Source: Gemmatimonas sp. (GTDB lineage Bacteria > Gemmatimonadota > Gemmatimonadetes > Gemmatimonadales > Gemmatimonadaceae). Taken from it: a DNA stretch of 64,000 nt. The stretch's first letter is position 1, and every line of letters begins with the position of its first letter. Below are positions 58,776 through 64,000 of the stretch, one piece after another. The stretch is from positions 928,001-992,000 of the forward strand of contig OZ257156.1 in assembly GCA_965279375.1 (NCBI GenBank), read 5' to 3'. The translations under genes and the position numbers were made by a program. The notes under the pieces are model-generated. The model did not search any database and was not told where the DNA came from. It saw only the letters and a program-made list of their open reading frames with translations.

Positions 58776-60149
58776 TTAGCGCGCCGGCACGCGAGCGGCG
58801 AGCGGGCGCGGCGTGAAGGCGGGGAGAAAACGGCACCCCGTTTCTGGCGTGAACGCCTGATTCACGGTCTTGCACTGGGCCGCCGCTGACGCCGGTGAAG
58901 GCTTCGTGCCGCGCTCCACCCACGCGAGTAGCGCCTGCATCGCGGTCACGTACTGCGCGTCGCTCAGGTAGCTGTGCTCACTGTCGTCGGTGAAGAGCTG
59001 CACGAGGCGCGAGGCGCTGCCGCCACGCTGCATCGTTTCGCGAAAGGCCGACTCGAGCTCCACGAACGCGGTGGGATCGTTGATGGCGTGCATGGTGAGG
59101 ACGGGAACGGCGATTCGGCCCGTGAGATCGGCATCGGCGGCGAAGTCGGCGCGAGCTGCGGCATCGGCGGTCGCGCGGAATGCGCGTGCGTTGAGTGCGG
59201 AGTCGTCGTGTGTGCCGGAGTAGCGCACGCCTGCGTTGCTGAACGGATTGCGTCCGGCGAGTCGCCTGAAGACGATGTCCTGAAAGTGCCAGGTGCCCCA
59301 ATTGAGATGCGCGATGAGCGAGCTCTCGGGGATGGCGACAGCGCCCAAAATGTCCGCCAGGTTCTGCTGCTGTTGTGCGCTGCGTTGCGCCGCAGGGAGT
59401 CGCACGCCGGTGCATTCGTCGACGCGCGTGGCGAGTTGCGCGCGCGTGAGCAGCGCATCGAGCGGGAGTCCCTGCCAGAGCGGATACGCGGGCTCGTCGG
59501 CGCGCGGGTGATTGTTGCAGACGGCCTGATAGACCACGCGCAGATCGAAGCGGAAATCGTAGGAGAGCGACCCGCCCCCCAGTACGCCGCTGGTGAGCAG
59601 CACGGCGTCGTACGGTGATTTTCCGTTGGCGAGCTTGGCGTAGCGTTCGGCGGTTTTCGCGGCGACGCTGGCGCCCCACGACTGTCCGTGCAGGATGGTG
59701 CGCGTGGGTGCGCCGATCTGCTGCACGAAGAGCTGGCGCACGTGTTCGACGTCATCGGCCGCGCTACCCACGGCGACACCGCCCTGATGAAAGCCGGACC
59801 CAGCGTAGGCGTAGCCGGCGCGTGTCCAGATCGACCAGCGCGCGAGATCGGCGGCGACGCGATCGGCTTTGGGATCGCCGAGTTCGGGGCCGCCGTGTGC
59901 GTGCACGACGAGTGTGCCATTCCACTGGGGCGGGATGGCGAACCAGAAGTAGGCGCCCGAGCTGTCGCGACCGGAGAGGCAGCGGCTTTGGGCGGCGACT
60001 GTTTCGGGGCAGGTGGCGGGCTGCGCGATCTCGCGCGATGCCTGTGCGTGCAGCGCGACGTTAGGTACCACAAGCACGCTTGCCGTTGCGAGTGCTCGCC
60101 GCACACGCCGAGCGGTTGCCCGTGCGTGATGGTTAACGCTGCGTTTCAT
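58776..60149 (-). CDS. Secreted alpha/beta hydrolase-fold protein
   Basis: WNGTLVVHAHGGP, HGQSWG elbow, HAINDP, EHS; signal peptide. Confidence 0.8.
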   Translation of the reverse strand: MKRSVNHHARATARRVRRALATASVLVVPNVALHAQASREIAQPATCPETVAAQSRCLSGRDSSGAYFWFAIPPQWNGTLVVHAHGGPELGDPKADRVAADLARWSIWTRAGYAYAGSGFHQGGVAVGSAADDVEHVRQLFVQQIGAPTRTILHGQSWGASVAAKTAERYAKLANGKSPYDAVLLTSGVLGGGSLSYDFRFDLRVVYQAVCNNHPRADEPAYPLWQGLPLDALLTRAQLATRVDECTGVRLPAAQRSAQQQQNLADILGAVAIPESSLIAHLNWGTWHFQDIVFRRLAGRNPFSNAGVRYSGTHDDSALNARAFRATADAAARADFAADADLTGRIAVPVLTMHAINDPTAFVELESAFRETMQRGGSASRLVQLFTDDSEHSYLSDAQYVTAMQALLAWVERGTKPSPASAAAQCKTVNQAFTPETGCRFLPAFTPRPLAARVPAR

Positions 60150-61036
60150 CGTTGGTCGGGATGTGGTTGCCCCTGCGGAGGTTTCCCCAAGCGGAGGAAC
60201 GATCCCATCGTCTCGCCCATGCGAACGGCGCGCTTTGGTTCCCACTGTTCGGTGAATCGCATGCGGCTTCGTCCGAAGAGCAACACGACGGTGGAGCCAA
60301 GCAGGAAGCGCCCCATCTCGTCGCCCTGTTGCAATTGCAGTTCGGGATCGGTGTAGTGCCACTCGCGGATCGCACTCGTGCGCGGCGGATTGACGATGCC
60401 GTGCCAGGTGGTGGCCATGCTGCCGACGATCGTCGCGCCGACGAGCACCATGACGAATGGGCCCACCTCTCCATCGAAGACGCAGACGACGCGTTCGTTG
60501 CGCGCGAAGAGACCGGGGACGCCGCGGGCGGTGGTGGGATTGACCGAGAAGAGATCGCCCGGGACGTAGATCATGCGCCGAAGGCGTCCGGCGCAGGGCA
60601 TGTGAATGCGGTGATAGTCCTTGGGGCTCAGGTAGATCGTGGCGAAATCACCGTGATCGAACTGGGCGGCCAGCTCGCCATCGCCCCCCACCAGCGCCGT
60701 GGTGGAGTAGCGATGCCCCTTGGCCTGAAAGATCTTGTCGCCGTCGATCGGGCCGAGCTGACTGATGGCGCCGTCGACCGGGCAGACGAGATCGGCGGCA
60801 GCGAGTGGACGTGCGCCGGTCTTGAGCGGCCGGGTGAAGAAGTCGTTGAACGTCGCGTAGCTGGCGATGTCCGGGTTCGCGGCTTCGGCCATGTTCACGC
60901 CGTACTGTCCGACGAACCATCGGATGATGGAGGTGGTGAGGGCGCCGCGAGGCGCGGAGGCGAAGCGACCGGCGAGGGTCGTGAGCGCCTGCTTGGGCAG
61001 CAGATACTGCGGCAGGACGGAGAATGGAGGGAGCAC
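60146..61036 (-). CDS. psd: Phosphatidylserine decarboxylase proenzyme
   Basis: FNDFFTR, CPVDG, QAKG, YLSPKDYHRIHMP, FARNER, VGATIVGS, FLLGST self-cleavage motif. Confidence 0.95.
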   Translation of the reverse strand: MLPPFSVLPQYLLPKQALTTLAGRFASAPRGALTTSIIRWFVGQYGVNMAEAANPDIASYATFNDFFTRPLKTGARPLAAADLVCPVDGAISQLGPIDGDKIFQAKGHRYSTTALVGGDGELAAQFDHGDFATIYLSPKDYHRIHMPCAGRLRRMIYVPGDLFSVNPTTARGVPGLFARNERVVCVFDGEVGPFVMVLVGATIVGSMATTWHGIVNPPRTSAIREWHYTDPELQLQQGDEMGRFLLGSTVVLLFGRSRMRFTEQWEPKRAVRMGETMGSFLRLGKPPQGQPHPDQR

Positions 61037-61160
61037 GCCGCAAGATGCACTGGAACCGCATGCTGCGCTGCCGGTAGTATTTGCGCTTGATTGATGTGAG
61101 TGCGGTCCAGTGCGACGGGCTGCGCAACGACTCTGTGTTCACTTCCCACCCCGCGCCGCC

Positions 61161-61628
61161 GTGACGACTTCACGTTCCATCTCGCGCTGCCTCACTGTCG
61201 TTGCGGCCGCCTGTGCACTCTGGGTGGCCCTGCCGCTGGCCAATCAGCTGTCGGCACAGCCGGCCGCGAAGGCGGGGGCTAACAAGGGCGCTGCGGCGCC
61301 GTCGCTGGTGGGCACCTGGTCCGGCACGGCGACGGTGCCCCTCAAGGACAGTTCGATCGTGGTGCCGGTGACGTACAACTTCACGCAGACCGCAGGGACG
61401 GTGGGCGGGATGGCGATGGTGCCCGGTCAGGGCTCCGGCCCGATCTCCAACGTGGTGCGTGACGGCGCACGGGTGCAGTTCCGCGTGACCGCGCCCGAGG
61501 GGAAGCTGCTCGAGCACGACGGGAAGCTCGGTGCGGACGGCGCGATCGAGGGGTTGGTGAACCTCGACAAGCTGCCGGTGGCGAAGTTCAGGATTGTGGC
61601 GAAGGTGGGCGCGCCGCCGGGGAAGTAG
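61161..61628 (+). CDS. Hypothetical secreted protein
   Basis: Signal peptide; LVGTWSG beta-barrel-like domain. Confidence 0.7.
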   Translation: MTTSRSISRCLTVVAAACALWVALPLANQLSAQPAAKAGANKGAAAPSLVGTWSGTATVPLKDSSIVVPVTYNFTQTAGTVGGMAMVPGQGSGPISNVVRDGARVQFRVTAPEGKLLEHDGKLGADGAIEGLVNLDKLPVAKFRIVAKVGAPPGK

Positions 61629-61779
61629 CCGGCGGCAGGCGTAGGCGGCCGTCACGTGTTTCTAGCGAGCGCAGCTGCAGCCTGGGTGCGGCATTGACGC
61701 AACGTTACATTCGCGCAACTATTGCCGACGCCGTCGAACAGTGCGTCCGGCGAATCACCTTCCCTTGGAGATGACACAC

Positions 61780-62376
61780 ATGCGCAAAGTGCCCGTCCGT
61801 CGTGCAGTCCTCGCCGTGATCACGCTGTCCACCGTGGCAACCTCCGGTTGCTTTGGCAGCTTTCCGCTGACGCGGAAGATGTACAATTGGAACAAGGGCG
61901 TCTCGTCGGATAAGTGGGTCCGCGAGTTGGTGTTCGTCGCGACGGCGATGCTGGTGCCGGTGTACAGCGTTGCCGGGCTGATCGACGTGGTCATCCTGAA
62001 CTCGCAGGAGTTCTGGACGGGCAAGAGCAGCGTGGCGTCGGGACCGGAGACGAAGGTGAAGACGCTGACGCGCGGCAACACGACCATCACGCAGACGATG
62101 ACGCAGCTCGCCACGGGCCGCACGATGGTGCTCGAGGAGAAGGTGGACGGCCAGTTCAAGAGCCGCACCACGCTGCATCAGGCGAAGGGCGCGTCGGTGG
62201 TGACGTCGGAGACGGAATTCGCCGACGGCCGCAAGGAATCGAAGACGTTGACTGTGGATGAAGCGGGTGCGATGACGATCTCGAGCTCGAACGGCATGCG
62301 TCGCACGGTGACGGACGCGGAGCTCGCGGCGGCGACGTCGCATGTGAACGCGGGTGCGGTGGCAGCGGTGCGTTAA
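61780..62376 (+). CDS. DUF3332 family lipoprotein
   Basis: SGCFGSFPLTRKMYNWN..DKWVRELVF..PVY..IDVVILNSQEFWTG. Confidence 0.85.
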   Translation: MRKVPVRRAVLAVITLSTVATSGCFGSFPLTRKMYNWNKGVSSDKWVRELVFVATAMLVPVYSVAGLIDVVILNSQEFWTGKSSVASGPETKVKTLTRGNTTITQTMTQLATGRTMVLEEKVDGQFKSRTTLHQAKGASVVTSETEFADGRKESKTLTVDEAGAMTISSSNGMRRTVTDAELAAATSHVNAGAVAAVR

Positions 62377-62401
62377 ACGCTGACTGTCGTTCCTGACGAC
62401 G

Positions 62402-62443
62402 AAACCGCGCTGGCCTCGTTCCTCGAGGCCGGCGCGGTTTTTC
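62402..62443. terminator. Intrinsic terminator between convergent genes
   Basis: AAACCGCGCTGGCCTCG-TTCCT-CGAGGCCGGCGCGGTTT followed by TT. Confidence 0.85.
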
Positions 62444-62485
62444 GTTTGCCGGGTAGGAGACGCGCGCGACTGCGACGATCGTCGG

Positions 62486-63208
62486 TTAGGCGTCCGGCGA
62501 CCAGCCGTGACAGACACGCGCGAACATGACCAGCTCGGCGTTCCTGCCGTATCGCGGATCGAGGAAGGTGCCGAAGACCGTCGGTCGCTCTGCGGCATCG
62601 CCTTCGCCGCCGCCGAGCGTTCCGTCGAGCCTTTGCAAATCGTAGGCTGGTCCGTAGCGCAAGATGATGATGTACCAGTCACTGTCATCGGTGAGCGCGC
62701 CACGACTGCGGACCGTGGCGAGGGATTCGTCGATGGCGATTCTCAAGCCGGCTCCGGTTGAGGGGCCGGGGTGCCGTTCGGCGATTACTTCTCCACCTTG
62801 CTTGATCAGCCAGCGAAGCTCGGGGATGTCGAGCGGATGCAGCGCTCGCGATCCTGGCCCGCCGAAGAGTGGCCGCAACACGTCGGCCGCTTCTTCCGCG
62901 CGCACGTGCATGATGAGATCGACGGTCTCGGTAAACCACTCGCCGCACGCGCCGAGCGCGACGCCGACGGTCAGCGTGTCCGTGTCTTCCAGCGCTCGTG
63001 CGGCGTAGCAGGCCGCATCGATGGAGCGTGGGTTGTCCGGATCGCAGAGCACGAACGCGATCGCGTTGTTGGGGAGCGGCGGCTCGATGACGTCGTCGAG
63101 CGCGTCCACGACGGCATTGGCTGCGGCACCGAAGCCGAGTATGGTGAGGCCGCTCGGGAACCTGCTGTTGTCACTGGGGGGATGCACTCGAACTCTCCTC
63201 TTGCTCAC
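62486..63208 (-). CDS. Degenerate FtsZ/tubulin-fold-like protein (paralog 2)
   Basis: [50 protein letters not shown] in FtsZ order; no GGGTGTG. Confidence 0.6.
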   Translation of the reverse strand: [240 protein letters not shown]

Positions 63209-63912
63209 CTCGCGGCGGATACGCGCGCGATGGCGATGAGCTCCGCTGTATCGCCGTAGTGCGGATCGCGGAACGTACCGAAGAGCGCGGTCCGCGGCCT
63301 TTCTTCTATTGTGCCGGCCGTCGCGATCTCCGCGGACTGGCCGATCGCGAACTCGGGTCCGTAGCGGAGCACCAGCAGGAGCCAGTCGCTGTCGTCGGTC
63401 AACGCTCCACGTCCGCGCAACGCGTCGATCACGTCATCGACTGCCGAATGAAGGTCCGCCATCGCGGTGATACCGTTCCGACGGTGGGCGATCGCGTCGC
63501 CGCCTTCACTGAAGAGCCAGCGCACGTCCACCACATCGAACGGAAGGAGTGACTCGCCCGCTGTCGCGCCGACGAGAGGTCGGAGGACTGCCGCCGCGTC
63601 GTCAGCGGGTATCCGTACAAGCAGATCGACCGCGTCGCTGAAGTACGCGTCGCACGGGCCAAGGGCCACGCCAACCGTGAAGATCTCCTCGTCCCGCAGT
63701 GTGTTCGCCAGCCAGGTCGCGCTCGTCACGGACTGATGGGAATCGGGATCGCAGACGACGAATGCGAGCGAGCGTCGACGTGGCTCCGCTTCGGTAACGT
63801 CCTCGAGTGCGGCCTCGACCGCGATGCCAGCCGCGCCGCAGCCGCGCACGAGAATCTCTCGCGTCGGTTCGTCCGCGTTGTCGAGCGTGAAGCTGAAGAC
63901 CTCAGGAATCAT
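63205..63912 (-). CDS. Degenerate FtsZ/tubulin-fold-like protein (paralog 1)
   Basis: [53 protein letters not shown] in FtsZ order; no GGGTGTG. Confidence 0.65.
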   Translation of the reverse strand: [235 protein letters not shown]

Positions 63913-64000
63913 CAGGCTTGAGCCGGTAGCCGTACCCCCAGCGGATCACTCCGTCCGGATCACCCTTCGGGCAGTCCTTTCGCACGACCCAGCGGTCCTT
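63902..64000 (-). CDS. 3' end of an unidentified upstream gene (partial)
   Basis: Open frame KDRWVVRKDCPKGDPDGVIRWGYGYRLKPDDS* overlapping the next start codon by 11 bp. Confidence 0.45.
   Translation of the reverse strand, partial: KDRWVVRKDCPKGDPDGVIRWGYGYRLKPDDS

Noticed and set aside
62486..63912. Calling the pair canonical ftsZ
   Set aside because: No GGGTGTG signature, large deletions, no C-terminal peptide and no dcw genes in view
1..64000. CRISPR arrays, tRNA/rRNA, transposases, integrases, phage genes, known riboswitches
   Set aside because: None recognised by eye; covariance-model and HMM scans were not run, so small RNAs could be missed

Overview
This is a high-GC, gene-dense bacterial chromosome segment. 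The TM/TPR-tailed Ser/Thr kinase, many lipoproteins and fused ccoNO suggest Gemmatimonadota (Gemmatimonas-like), which is inference only. Recognisable genes: the 5' part of ppc, glpQ, a TetR-TolC-MFP-RND efflux operon, an esterase/dipeptidase/two-SDR/NTT-like transporter cluster, an olsB-olsA-like ornithine-lipid operon extended by a PHP-like hydrolase and an ArnT-like glycosyltransferase, an MCP with a sigma28-like promoter, a complete cbb3 oxidase operon, ada-alkB with an Ada box, DUF305+LVIVD, a divergent ECF sigma module flanked by two serine hydrolases, an amidase, psd and several lipoproteins. The most striking unexplained signal is at the right end: two tandem, translationally coupled ~240-aa proteins that align by eye, in order, to FtsZ. 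They lack the GGGTGTG GTP-binding loop but keep the acidic T7-loop residues. No rRNA, tRNA, CRISPR array or transposase was seen. All family calls come from motif recognition by eye; no database searches were run.
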